Shown here: positions 9,480 through 19,405 of the stretch, piece after piece
Layout: the number at the start of each line of letters is the position of its first letter
Position numbering within the stretch: the first letter of the stretch is position 1
Source: a virus
Lineage: Duplodnaviria > Caudoviricetes
IMG/VR virus record: IMGVR_UViG_3300033068_001467
Location: 1 to 64,000 of that record
Direction: 5' to 3' (one strand)
Length of the DNA: 64,000 bases
Notes under the pieces: generated by a model
What the model was told of the DNA's origin: nothing
The model's input: the letters and a program-made list of their open reading frames with translations, nothing else
The model's database searches: none
Program-made: the position numbers and the translations under genes

Positions 9480-9920
9480 ATGGCAATAAAGAAGAATAAA
9501 GTTAACTGGACTTATAACGGTTCTGAGATAACAGCACCTCCTGAAGGATTTGAGGGATTTATTTACTGTATATACAACGATACTAAAAATATGTTTTATA
9601 TTGGTAGGAAATCTTTTTATAGTTATTCAAAAAAGAAATTAACACCTTCTGAAAAATTACTACCTGAAAATAAAAGAAAAACTTACAAGATAGTTAAAGC
9701 AAACACTACTTGGAAAACTTATACAGGCAGTTGTCAAGAACTTAACCAACATATTAAAGATGGTGATATAATAAGAAAAGTAATTCTTAGATTTTGCCGA
9801 CAAAGAAAACAAATGACAGCTTGGGAAACTAAGTATATTTTATGTGATTGCTTTGGGCAAGCTAATTGTTATAATGGGAATGTTCTCGGTAAAATATTTA
9901 AACAAGATTTTGAGGATTAA
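9480..9920 (+). CDS. GIY-YIG family endonuclease (SegE-like, T4-like phage type)
   Basis: WTYNG...GFIYCIYN...YIGRK...WKTYTGS..ELN...YNGN. Confidence 0.75.
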   Translation: MAIKKNKVNWTYNGSEITAPPEGFEGFIYCIYNDTKNMFYIGRKSFYSYSKKKLTPSEKLLPENKRKTYKIVKANTTWKTYTGSCQELNQHIKDGDIIRKVILRFCRQRKQMTAWETKYILCDCFGQANCYNGNVLGKIFKQDFED

Positions 9921-10895
9921 ATGAAATCAGGAATTTATAAAATTACAAGCCCTTCAGGTAGAGTATACATAGGACAAAGTGAAGCTATTAAAAGGAGAAA
10001 AAATGAGTATAAAAATTTATATAATAAAATACAATCTCAAACTAAAATATACAATTCCATTAAAAAATATGGTTAGGAGGCTCACACTTTTGAAATTATA
10101 GAGTACTGTGAAGTAGAAGAATTAAATTGTAGAGAAAGATATTGGCAAGATTTTTATGATGTTTTAAATGGGGGGTTAAATTGTATTTTACAAGAATGTG
10201 GTGAACAAAGAAGAGTTTTATCTGATGAAATTTTACAAAAAAGGTCTGAACGTATGAAAGGTGAAAGTAATCCTATGTATGGAGTAAAAAGACCAAAAGA
10301 GTGGGGTGAAAATCACAGTAATTTTTTAAAAGAGATGTTTGCAAACCCTGAATATATACACCCCTTAAAAGGTAGAAAAATGTCAGATAAACAAAGGCAA
10401 ATATTATTAAATTCAAATTTAGGAAGAAAAGCGTCTGATGAAACTAAACAAAAAATGAGTAATTCTCACAAAGGCAGAGTTATAAATGAAGAAGGTAGAA
10501 AAAATATAGCGAATGGAAAATTAGGAGATAAAAATCCTATGTTTAATAAGGTAGGAAAAGACAACGTTAATTCTAAAATTATAATAGATACCTCAACAGG
10601 AGATATAATATATGGAATAGCAGAGCTAAGTAAACTAACAGGTATAAGTAAAAATATATTAAAAGACCAATTAAATGGCTACAATACGAATCATACACCT
10701 TTTATGTTTTTAAATGTAGTTTTAGATTTTGAAAACTTCTTCGAGTTGGGTAAAAACATAGTACTTTCAGATGTATTTACAGAAGAGGAAGTCTTTTTTA
10801 TAAATAACAGCACACTTACAGATAAAAAGAAAAAAGGTATGGCTTTCTATAAAAAATTTTTAAAGTATGGTACTCATAATTTTAAAAACATGTAA
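9921..10895 (+). pseudogene. GIY-YIG homing endonuclease with NUMOD3 repeats, interrupted by an in-frame TAG
   Basis: ATG 9921 MKSGIYKITSPSGRVYIGQS...KKYG*EAHTFEII; TAG at 10074-10076 where Trp is typical; the same frame continues into ORF 10254-10895 (NPMYG, SDETKQKMS). Confidence 0.85.
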
Positions 10896-10923
10896 ATATT
10901 TAAAATAAAAACAGAAAAATTTT

Positions 10924-11685
10924 ATGCCAATGCAAAATAAACCAAAAAGAGAGTCTAGAAAACCATCTAAAGTAGTAGATAAAACTCTAACTTCATCAAA
11001 TACAGAATCTATTAGCACAAGAAATTCAGACAATTTTAGATTGCAATTAAAGGATATACAAAAACCAATTGTAAACTTACACAGAGAAAATGACATAGTT
11101 GTACTCTTAGGTGGTGCGGGAAATGGAAAAGACTTTATGCAAATCTATAGAGCTATGTCAGGATTAATTAGTAAAGAGTTTGAAGAAGTTATTTTTATGC
11201 GAACAATTTTAGAAGCTACTAGTTCTAAATTAGGCTATCTTCCTGGGGATGAGACAACTAAGGAAGCTCCATACCTTGAGATATTTTATGACCAAATGAA
11301 AAGTATGTTAAAACCCGCTGTATATGAAAGATTAAAAAAGAAAGTAAGATTTGAGTATCCTGGATTTGCAAGAGGGAAGTCTTTTGGTGGAAATGATAAA
11401 GGAAATGTTTGTATTATATTATCGGAGGCGCAAAACTGCGAACTTAGAGAATTAATTTTGATTAGTACTCGTTTATCTGAAGGTTCTAAACTATATATAA
11501 ATTCTGACCCCAATCAAAGTGATATTGGTAATAAATCAGGTATATTAGATTTTATCAAAATTGTAAAAGATATAAAAGGTGTTGCTGTTGAGGAACTTGG
11601 AGAGGAATTTCAAATGAGAGGTAGGTTAGTACAAGAAATTGATAATAATTATAGAAAATTTTTAAATAAAAACTTGCACAATTAA
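10924..11685 (+). CDS. phoH: PhoH-like ATPase
   Basis: LGGAGNGKDF, LGYLPGD, ARGKSF, ILSEAQN, TRLSEGSK, DPNQSDI. Confidence 0.9.
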   Translation: MPMQNKPKRESRKPSKVVDKTLTSSNTESISTRNSDNFRLQLKDIQKPIVNLHRENDIVVLLGGAGNGKDFMQIYRAMSGLISKEFEEVIFMRTILEATSSKLGYLPGDETTKEAPYLEIFYDQMKSMLKPAVYERLKKKVRFEYPGFARGKSFGGNDKGNVCIILSEAQNCELRELILISTRLSEGSKLYINSDPNQSDIGNKSGILDFIKIVKDIKGVAVEELGEEFQMRGRLVQEIDNNYRKFLNKNLHN

Positions 11686-11816
11686 AATATAATATGTATA
11701 TTTGCAGAAGAAATAAGAAAGCAGTGTTAGTCAGCACATAAATAATTGGAAGTATAACCAAAAGATTTCTGTTTTTATCTTTTTTGCGCAAAAATAAACT
11801 AAAAATAAATAAAATT

Positions 11817-11984
11817 ATGAATTGGACAGAAGAAGAAAAACAAAAAATGCTAAACTTTGCAGAGGCATCAGACCACGAAAGAAACGACGATATGTTTGAT
11901 TATATTTCTAGTATGATGTTAGAAAATGGTTTTGTGAGAACACCATCACAAATAAAATCAATGTATTATAAACTAACAAAGTAA
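11817..11984 (+). CDS. Small Myb/SANT-like protein
   Basis: MNWTEEEKQKML...RTPSQIKSMYYKL. Confidence 0.5.
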   Translation: MNWTEEEKQKMLNFAEASDHERNDDMFDYISSMMLENGFVRTPSQIKSMYYKLTK

Positions 11985-12934
11985 TGACAGAAACACAAAT
12001 TAAAGAATACTTAAACAAATACAGCTTAACTACAAAAGAAAAGTTAGCAGAACATATAGAACAACTAAAAAGAAATACTAATCTTAATTTAGAACTTATT
12101 AGTGAGTTAGCTTTTGTTTTAGCTGATGAAGAAAATCTGTTTTTTAATGTTTTTGGCGGGCAAAGCCCTTTAATGAAGTGCGGCGAAAAGTGGACTCCTG
12201 ATTATGTTACAACTTTACATGCTGATAAAATTAAAAGATTTGGATTATTAGAATTAGAACCAAAAATAGTTGGAGATTTAGAAGGTATAAATAAACCACC
12301 ACAAAGAACAGTTTCTTCACACTTTTTAGATGAAGTTTTAGAACAGACAAATCCGATGGGAAAAGAAAATACTTTATCGTATCAAACTTATTACCAAGCT
12401 GTTTTAACTAAGCCTGCCTCAAATTGGAATAAACTTGAAATAACTTTTTCAGATAGTGACATAAATAAACTTGAAGAGACGACTATTTCTGATATTATGC
12501 ATCTTTTTAATAATAGTTCTTCCGCAAAAGAAATTAAAACAGAAGAAACTAAAGGTCACAGCACTAGTTTAAAAGCTAATACACCTATGAAAGAAGATTT
12601 AGTATTTACAGAAGATACAGAATTAGGTAAAAAAACAAATAAAAATAAACCTCAGATTTCACTTTTATTTAAACAATTTCCTAAAGCTTTGGAGGCAATT
12701 GCAAAATGCTCAGAATATGGGCACGAAAAGTATAAAGAAACCGATTTTGATTATCTAAATTATACAAGAGTTGAAGGAGGAAGTAAGACATACGCAGATG
12801 CTGGATTACGCCATAGATTAGAACAAGGTAGTGACTTAGAAAGCAAATTACCACATCAATACCATATTGCTTGGAATGCCTTAGCAGAACTTCAATTGTG
12901 GATAGAAGAAAACGAACTTAAAAATAATAATTAA
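11984..12934 (+). CDS. Unknown N-terminal region fused to a dATP/dGTP diphosphohydrolase (DUF5664) domain
   Basis: GKKTNKNKPQISLL...ALEAIAKCSEYGHEKY...NY...YADAGLRH...DLESKLPHQYHIAWNALA. Confidence 0.8.
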   Translation: MTETQIKEYLNKYSLTTKEKLAEHIEQLKRNTNLNLELISELAFVLADEENLFFNVFGGQSPLMKCGEKWTPDYVTTLHADKIKRFGLLELEPKIVGDLEGINKPPQRTVSSHFLDEVLEQTNPMGKENTLSYQTYYQAVLTKPASNWNKLEITFSDSDINKLEETTISDIMHLFNNSSSAKEIKTEETKGHSTSLKANTPMKEDLVFTEDTELGKKTNKNKPQISLLFKQFPKALEAIAKCSEYGHEKYKETDFDYLNYTRVEGGSKTYADAGLRHRLEQGSDLESKLPHQYHIAWNALAELQLWIEENELKNNN

Positions 12935-13428
12935 TGCAGATACTAAATTTAACAGCAATATCAACAGTACCAAATGAAGAGGGTGAAGCTTTAATCGATA
13001 AAGCTATGAAACCAACTAAAAAAGATAAAGACCCTAATAAACTTTCAAAAGAGTGGTTTCGTGAACAAGGATTAGTACCACCTGACGATGCAGAAGACGA
13101 TGAGCCGAGTTTAGATGAAGACGGAATGATTCATTTAAAAGAAGAACATTTACAAGAGATAGCCTTAGATTTATCAATACCTTTAAAAAATATTGACAGT
13201 TATGTTGAATCTTCTGACCACGGAACTTTAATTTATACCAAGAGTGGTATTCAATATCACGTAGTTGAAGAAACTTTTGAGATTGACTCTTATATTGAGT
13301 ATATTACTATGGGTTGGTTTAAGAGAAATAAAATACTGTTTTTTAACTTTTTTCGCCGAATTAAATACAAATTACAAGGAAAGAAAGTTGTAAACTTACA
13401 AGAAATTTTAGACAGACCTGAAAATTAA
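12934..13428 (+). CDS. Hypothetical acidic protein
   Basis: ORF track, coupled to upstream gene. Confidence 0.6.
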   Translation: MQILNLTAISTVPNEEGEALIDKAMKPTKKDKDPNKLSKEWFREQGLVPPDDAEDDEPSLDEDGMIHLKEEHLQEIALDLSIPLKNIDSYVESSDHGTLIYTKSGIQYHVVEETFEIDSYIEYITMGWFKRNKILFFNFFRRIKYKLQGKKVVNLQEILDRPEN

Positions 13429-13448
13429 CAAAACTTTAACATAAAATA

Positions 13449-13480
13449 TTTGCAGAGTGCTTAAAATATGAGTATCTTTG
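13449..13480 (+). promoter_or_regulatory. Bacteroidota-type promoter
   Basis: TTTG 13449, TATCTTTG 13473-13480. Confidence 0.75.
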
Positions 13481-13517
13481 TAAGATAAATAACAAATTAA
13501 ATAAAACAAAAGTAGAA

Positions 13518-14285
13518 ATGGCGGCAGAAACAATGCAACAAGGAAGCGGAAGAAAAAACTATTATGGGGTTAGTTATGGAAAACTATCAACAAGAGTGAA
13601 AGAAATTCCACAAGATTACACAGAAATTACAGAAGCTGATTTAAAATCAAAAACACAGGCTGTTGAACAAATTGATTTAAGAAAAAAATATGTAGATAAG
13701 GCAAAAGGAGATTATCCTTATGTAGTTTTCTATGACAGCTTAACAGGAAATATTGTAGCTCAAGAAAAATTTGAGAATGATAATGGTACAAACTTAAATC
13801 TTACTATTCTTGATAAAGATGGAGATGAAAGTATTTTGCAGTTGAAATTTTATTCAAAATACAGTGAAAATCTTCTAAACAGGTTACTAAATACTGAAAC
13901 ATCTAATACAATGACTTTCTTTCCTTACTCAATTCCAAATTCAGCGGAGATAGATGGACAATCAAAAACATTTTATACTTCAGGAGTATCTGTAAAAGTG
14001 GATGGTAATAAAGTAGAGCCAAAGTGGAAAGATAAGAGAACTGACCCAAAATCAGAGTTACCTGATACAGCACAAGTAAAAGTGCAAGGTAAAATGACTA
14101 CAAGTAGAGACGAAAGAATTGATTTTCTTTATGATTCTTTCGTAGCACATTTTAAACCTAGTATATCTGCACCAAAAACAGAAATACCAAAAAATGCAAT
14201 TCCTAAAGGTAGTCCAGCAGAAGCATTTGCACCTGCTACAAACTATATCCCTAATAATCCTGATATAGACAATTTACCATTTTAG
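13518..14285 (+). CDS. Putative single-stranded DNA-binding protein
   Basis: Beta-rich core, Pro-rich linker, acidic C-terminal tail DIDNLPF. Confidence 0.55.
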   Translation: MAAETMQQGSGRKNYYGVSYGKLSTRVKEIPQDYTEITEADLKSKTQAVEQIDLRKKYVDKAKGDYPYVVFYDSLTGNIVAQEKFENDNGTNLNLTILDKDGDESILQLKFYSKYSENLLNRLLNTETSNTMTFFPYSIPNSAEIDGQSKTFYTSGVSVKVDGNKVEPKWKDKRTDPKSELPDTAQVKVQGKMTTSRDERIDFLYDSFVAHFKPSISAPKTEIPKNAIPKGSPAEAFAPATNYIPNNPDIDNLPF

Positions 14286-14326
14286 TAAATGCTTGATTAT
14301 CAGTAACTTATAATAATACAAAACCA

Positions 14327-15045
14327 ATGTCAGAAACAGAAAAAAAACCAATTAACCTAGCAGATTACACTTACGAAAAAGGAACTAAAATTGAAATTAG
14401 TTCAGAATTGTTTGAAGCACTTATGGAAACTCTAACTATTGTAGAGCAACAAGAAACTAAAAACGTTCTTTTAAATACTTTTCCGCAAGCAAAAGCTAAA
14501 GATAAAATTGAATATAAAGACCACGACGCAAAAACGTTTTTCAGCCAAGATGTACAAACAGCCTTAACAGTTGTAGGAGCAAGTTGTTTAGATTTAAAAT
14601 TTAACTTACTTCAAGTTCATCAGGAAAATGTAATTTCAGGAAAAGCTATTAACAAATACGAAGTAAGAGATGAAGTTAAACTTTCATAATGTGTGGCACA
14701 ACCACCTAAAAAAAGAACTTGGAGCATCTTTTGTAGGGTTTGAAACTTATAGAGACAAAATCTCTCTGAAAGTTACGGTGAATAAGAAAACAAGATATGT
14801 AGATTTGAAAGTGGGGTTGGATAGACTTGACCCCACAGTCTACAATAATATTTTAAACGATTTAAAGAATGAGTTATAAAAAATTGTATGAGACCTTGTT
14901 AGAGAACGAAGACTTGTATGTTTTATTTGATGGAATGACAGGTGTTTGGGAACAAGATAAAAAAAGATTTAAAGAAGAACAATTAAAATTAGAGTCGGAC
15001 GCTTTTGACTTAAACATAGAAACAGAAGATGACTACACTGAATAA
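14327..15045 (+). other. Three small hypothetical ORFs (14327-14689, 14670-14879, 14869-15045)
   Basis: ORF track plus manual translation (MSYKKLYETLLENEDLY...); overlapping starts and stops. Confidence 0.6.
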
Positions 15046-16555
15046 CGAACACTTACTTTATGGATTCAATCACGCCTGCAATTCAGCAAAATTAACTTTA
15101 GGAGCTGAAGGTAAATTAGCAGTTTTAGAGAAGCAAATGGGTATGTTAACATACACTAAAGATGGTGTATCAGTTGTAAAATCTATTTTCTTTTATGAAG
15201 ATGTTAATAGTACGGCGGAAGAAAGAGCTATTATAAAGCAAAAACAGGTTGGAGCTAATGCCGCTAAACAAGTGGCTGTAAAAACTTTAACAGAGGCAGG
15301 CGATAACACTACAACAGCCTTAGTTTTAGCACAAGCACTTTTAAATAAAGGTCTTAAAGCAAAAGCATCAACAGTTGAATTAAGAAATGGAATTGAACTT
15401 GCTTTTAAAGATGTTGTTAAAGAATTAAAAAAGTTGTCAAATGTTGTAACCAAAGAAGATTTAGTGAATATTGCAACTATTTCCGCTAACGGAGATAAAG
15501 AAATTGCAAATATGCTTATTAAAGCTTATAGTGAAGTTGGAGATGGTGGAATTGTAGATATTGTAAAGGCAGATTCTCCTACAACAACTTTCAAAAGTAT
15601 TAAAGGTATGAAACTTGAAAAAGGATATATGAGTCCTTTTATGGTTACAAATAACGAGAGTTTAGTTTTCGACGAGCAAGATGTAACTGTGATTGTTTGC
15701 GAAACTCCTTTTGGAACTACTAATATTGCTCCTTTAGAGCAGTTGATTGGGCAGATTAAAACGCCTATTTTAGTTATTGCCGAAGATTTTTCAGAAGATG
15801 TTGTTAACAGTTGTGTTTATACACATTTGAATAAAATCAGAAGTTTATGCTTAGTTAAAACACCTGACTTCGGACAAAACAGAAAAGATTTATTACAAGA
15901 TTTAGCAGTTTATACAGGGGCAGAGGTTTACATTCCAGGAGTTTCAGAAAACTTTGTAGTAGGAACAGCTAAAAAAGTGATAGTATCAAAAGACACTACC
16001 TTTGTAATTCAAGATGAACTTAATGAGGCTTCGCAAAAAAAACTACTTTCATTGAAAGAACAAGAAACAGATGATGAAGAGTTTTTAAAGAAAAGAATTG
16101 CTAACTTTGAGAATGGTGTTTCAACTATCTATGTAGGCGGTATTACAGATGCAGAGAGAGATGAAAAATATGACAGATATGATGATGCTAAATGTGCTAT
16201 TAAATCGGCTTTAGAAGAGGGTTATGTAGCAGGCGGTGGAAGTACATTCTATCATATTTCAAATAAATTAAAAGCACCTAAAAAATTAAAATCAGGAGAA
16301 AAAGTTGGGTATAATGTTTTATTAGATTCTTTAAAAGAACCTTTTCTACAAATTTTAAGAAATGGTGAAGTTAAATGGAATTGGTGGAATAGACTTAATA
16401 ACTATGGAGATTTATATGACATCAAAGAACGTAGAATTACAACAGCAGAGAAATCAGGAATTATTGATTCTACAAAATCTTTGAGGGTGGCTTTGGAAAA
16501 CGCTAAATCCATTTCAAGTTTATTAATTAACACAAAAATTATAACAACTTTATAA
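15029..16555 (+). CDS. groEL: Phage-encoded GroEL-like chaperonin
   Basis: LTLGAEG, TKDGVSV, AGDNTTTA, IATISANGD, KTPDFG, IANF, YVGG, EEGYVAGGG, GIID..KSLRVALENA. Confidence 0.95.
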   Translation: MTTLNNEHLLYGFNHACNSAKLTLGAEGKLAVLEKQMGMLTYTKDGVSVVKSIFFYEDVNSTAEERAIIKQKQVGANAAKQVAVKTLTEAGDNTTTALVLAQALLNKGLKAKASTVELRNGIELAFKDVVKELKKLSNVVTKEDLVNIATISANGDKEIANMLIKAYSEVGDGGIVDIVKADSPTTTFKSIKGMKLEKGYMSPFMVTNNESLVFDEQDVTVIVCETPFGTTNIAPLEQLIGQIKTPILVIAEDFSEDVVNSCVYTHLNKIRSLCLVKTPDFGQNRKDLLQDLAVYTGAEVYIPGVSENFVVGTAKKVIVSKDTTFVIQDELNEASQKKLLSLKEQETDDEEFLKKRIANFENGVSTIYVGGITDAERDEKYDRYDDAKCAIKSALEEGYVAGGGSTFYHISNKLKAPKKLKSGEKVGYNVLLDSLKEPFLQILRNGEVKWNWWNRLNNYGDLYDIKERRITTAEKSGIIDSTKSLRVALENAKSISSLLINTKIITTL

Positions 16556-16560
16556 AAATA

Positions 16561-16716
16561 TTTGTGCATTTAAAATAAAAGTTGTATCTTTGCATTATAA
16601 CAATGGTTTACATCAATAGCGGTGATAGTAAATTTTTGTAATCGGCAGTAAAAGATAAAACAACAGTAAAAAAATTAATAATTAGGCTTACTTAATCCGC
16701 TACTAATGTAAGCCTT
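16561..16716 (+). promoter_or_regulatory. Promoter plus leader tag (TAGCGG) and hairpin whose loop carries CCGCTA
   Basis: TTTG 16561 / TATCTTTG 16585-16592; stem AGGCTTAC/GTAAGCCT. Confidence 0.55.
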
Positions 16717-16828
16717 AACGTTAGTAGCAAGCTTAGCTTAAAATTGACGATTAGAAAAAACTAAACATAAATGAACTTTGAATGTTGTAATAAGGATAGA
16801 ATAGAGTGTTCTAAGTGGTCAAAAAAAC

Positions 16829-17257
16829 CTACTGACAAATCTCTTTTTTTTCAGTTGAAGCAGAACTTTTATCAGTTGTTGAATAGATTGAAAATAAAAT
16901 AGATAGAATTGCCAAAAACATAGAAATGAAAGCAATCAAGATATTTCTTTTTGAATTTTCATAATCTATAAGTTTAAGACAAGCATCTCCTTTCATAATA
17001 AAATTACAAGTTAAATGATTTTCAAAATCATCAAAACTTACAAGCTTTTTATCTGAACCTTTATGATGAAAATTATCATAAAACCACTGCTTAATCGCTA
17101 ACTCAATACAATCACAACTAAAATCATAATTTTTCTTTATTAATTCTTCTTTTAATGTGTTGTAAGACAAGCCATCTTTAGCCGTCTTTCTTCCAATTTT
17201 AAGAACATCAATATATAAATTATCGTAGTTAGGATTATCACTTTTAAAAATAGACAT
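16829..17257 (-). CDS. Hypothetical protein with C-terminal TM helix; accessory gene against the local gene direction
   Basis: ORF track; hydrophobic ILIAFISMFLAILSILFSIY; inside the groEL-groES insertion. Confidence 0.65.
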   Translation of the reverse strand: MSIFKSDNPNYDNLYIDVLKIGRKTAKDGLSYNTLKEELIKKNYDFSCDCIELAIKQWFYDNFHHKGSDKKLVSFDDFENHLTCNFIMKGDACLKLIDYENSKRNILIAFISMFLAILSILFSIYSTTDKSSASTEKKEICQ

Positions 17258-17393
17258 AAATAAAAAATTAAAAAAATGGAAACAGTTGAAAAAAAAACAG
17301 AGGAAATTTTAAAAATCCTAAAAGGTTTAACTTTAAGACAGTATAAACAAATCATCAGACTTTTGGAAGATAAAGTTACAGATACATATAAGA

Positions 17394-17564
17394 TTATTTA
17401 GAAGTATTAGTATCAATATATCCCAACTTAGTCACAACTTCATCTAATTTATCACAAACATTATCTGCACCATAATCAGATGCTAGTTTTGCGGACATAT
17501 CAGAGAGTTTAGTACTTATTTCTTGTAATAAGTCAATCATAGTTTGTGCTTGGTCTTCTGTCAT
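17394..17564 (-). CDS. Small hypothetical protein
   Basis: MTEDQAQTMIDLLQEISTKLSDMS...; ATG at 17564. Confidence 0.55.
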   Translation of the reverse strand: MTEDQAQTMIDLLQEISTKLSDMSAKLASDYGADNVCDKLDEVVTKLGYIDTNTSK

Positions 17565-17638
17565 AATAAAATTATTTAAAGTGAAAACCAAATATAATAA
17601 AAATTTTGTAAGTTAGCCACAAACAAAATATAAACGCA

Positions 17639-17932
17639 ATGAAAAGAGGATTTGGAGTTTTCTTTATAATAATTGGAATATTAAATCTTATAATCGGTTT
17701 TCTAGGTTTAGCAACAGAATATAAATCAGAAGCATTTTCTAAAATTATTTTTGGTTTAGTTGTTTTACCACTTGGAATTTGGATGTATGAATCTTCAAAA
17801 CCAAAAGAAGTTGAAAAAAATTATGAATACAAGTCTTATAAACTTAAAAAGCTAAAGAAAAAACACAAAAAGGAAAAGAGAAGACTTAAAGTAAAAATCG
17901 AAAGTGAGTTTCCTATAAAAAAGAAAAAATAA
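17639..17932 (+). CDS. Small membrane protein; cassette-like gene
   Basis: Two TM segments and a Lys-rich tail; preceded by GTTAGCC (17612-17618) and followed by GCTAAC plus an attC-like repeat. Confidence 0.7.
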   Translation: MKRGFGVFFIIIGILNLIIGFLGLATEYKSEAFSKIIFGLVVLPLGIWMYESSKPKEVEKNYEYKSYKLKKLKKKHKKEKRRLKVKIESEFPIKKKK

Positions 17933-17940
17933 AGCCGATT

Positions 17941-18071
17941 TGCTAACAGCGGTTTTGCAATAGTGTGGCTTTAGTAATATTTGTAAAATTTCGGGCGAAA
18001 ATAAAAATTAATAATAATCGGCTATCTTTGGTGCTTATTTGCCCACACCATTGCAAAGCCACAAAACGTTA
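17941..18071 (+). repeat. attC-like recombination site (TAACA...ACGTT orientation)
   Basis: GCTAAC-A-GCGGTTTTGCAATAGTGTGG ... CCACACCATTGCAAAGCCAC-AAAAC-GTT; long imperfect inverted arms bounded by AAC and GTT. Confidence 0.75.
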
Positions 18072-18073
18072 AA

Positions 18074-18322
18074 ATGAAACCAATATTTAAACAAACAGAA
18101 GTTGTAGTTTTAGAACCTGAAAAATTAGGAGGAGTAGATTTAGGTTCTTCAGCTAAAGAAATTAAAGCAGTAGTCAAGTACATAGGAAATGAAACTAAAC
18201 TCTATACTGTGGGCGAAACAGTATTCTTTGATGAAGAAAGGTCTAAGAAAAAAACAATAGAGGGAGAGAAATTAATGATTATTGACGAAAGATACGTCAT
18301 TTGCGAACTAAAAGAGGTGTAA
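18074..18322 (+). CDS. GroES-like co-chaperonin
   Basis: 82 aa; mobile-loop-like KLGGVDLG, AVVKYIG...TVGETVFF...EGEKLMIIDERYVI; first resident gene after groEL once the insert is removed. Confidence 0.7.
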   Translation: MKPIFKQTEVVVLEPEKLGGVDLGSSAKEIKAVVKYIGNETKLYTVGETVFFDEERSKKKTIEGEKLMIIDERYVICELKEV

Positions 18323-18336
18323 AAGCCTCTTTTTTT
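18311..18336 (+). terminator. Intrinsic terminator
   Basis: AAAGAGG-TGTAAAAG-CCTCTTT followed by a T-run. Confidence 0.8.
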
Positions 18337-18433
18337 GTTTTTATGTAAAATTTTTTAGTTTTTATTTGGTGGTTTGAAAAATTAGTTTTATATTTGCAGA
18401 AGAAAAGAACAAAATTCAAAAATAACAAAAATT

Positions 18434-19156
18434 ATGAAATACACAAGAGAAATTATTATAGCAGGATTACTAATACTACTACTTTCAGTTTACAACTGTT
18501 CAAATAACAGACAACATGAGTTAGCAGGAGAGGCTGTACAATTAAAACAGCAACTTAGAAAACAAGTCGATGGACTAAAAACACAAAAAATTAGAAATGA
18601 ATTTTTATTTGATTCTATTTCGGCGGAAAATAAAAAAAGAGACTTAGAAAATTTACAACTTCAAAAAACAAATTTAGCTTTAATGCAAAGAATAAACTAC
18701 AATGCAAAACAAACAGCTAAGAAAAAACAAGAAGTGAAAAAATATTCTTTTAAGCAGTCTGCTGAATTCTTGGCTAAACGTTATGAAACAAAATCTATTG
18801 AGGCTACACCTACATCAGTTAATCTAAAAGAGAATATTCCTAACAATGTAGTGGAAGAACTTATAGATAAAGATGCTATGGTGCAAGATTTAGGAGATTT
18901 ACATAAAATTATTGAAAATAAAGACTCTGAAATAGGTAATAAAGATAAAACTATTTTAAGTAAAGACCTTGAAATCGCCGCAAAAGAAATAGAAACAAAG
19001 AAAACTCAAGAAGCTTTAGACACATCTCAGGAAATAACTAAAAAAATAGAGAAAGAATTAAAGCAATTAAAAACCAAAACTTTTATTTTAAAATATATTG
19101 TACCACCTGCCGCTTTTATTGGAGGAGTTTTAATTGGAAAACAAATTGTGAAGTGA
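18434..19156 (+). CDS. Membrane-anchored coiled-coil protein (signal/lipoprotein-like N-terminus, C-terminal TM)
   Basis: IIIAGLLILLLSVYNCS; long heptad region; IVPPAAFIGGVLIG; promoter at 18365-18396. Confidence 0.6.
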   Translation: MKYTREIIIAGLLILLLSVYNCSNNRQHELAGEAVQLKQQLRKQVDGLKTQKIRNEFLFDSISAENKKRDLENLQLQKTNLALMQRINYNAKQTAKKKQEVKKYSFKQSAEFLAKRYETKSIEATPTSVNLKENIPNNVVEELIDKDAMVQDLGDLHKIIENKDSEIGNKDKTILSKDLEIAAKEIETKKTQEALDTSQEITKKIEKELKQLKTKTFILKYIVPPAAFIGGVLIGKQIVK

Positions 19157-19405
19157 TGAATAACTGCTTAACGCACTTACTAAACCTTTGGTTAGAGGGG
19201 CATAGGTTTATTATTTTAACTAATGAAGACCATTTTATAGGAGTAAATAATAAAAAAATCTTTGAGTTAGGAGATGCTTTTAAAAAAGATTTGCAGTTAG
19301 GGTATTCTTTAGGTGGTGGAAATAGTTATTTACCTTTAGAAAAAGGTGGAAAAGAAAGAATAAAAAAGATTTTTAATTTAAGTGAAAAATATAGTAAAAT
19401 ATTAG

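Noticed and set aside
11984-12934. Z-DNA (2-aminoadenine) genome call
   Set aside because: No PurZ or deazaguanine pathway genes in this window; DUF5664 alone is insufficient.
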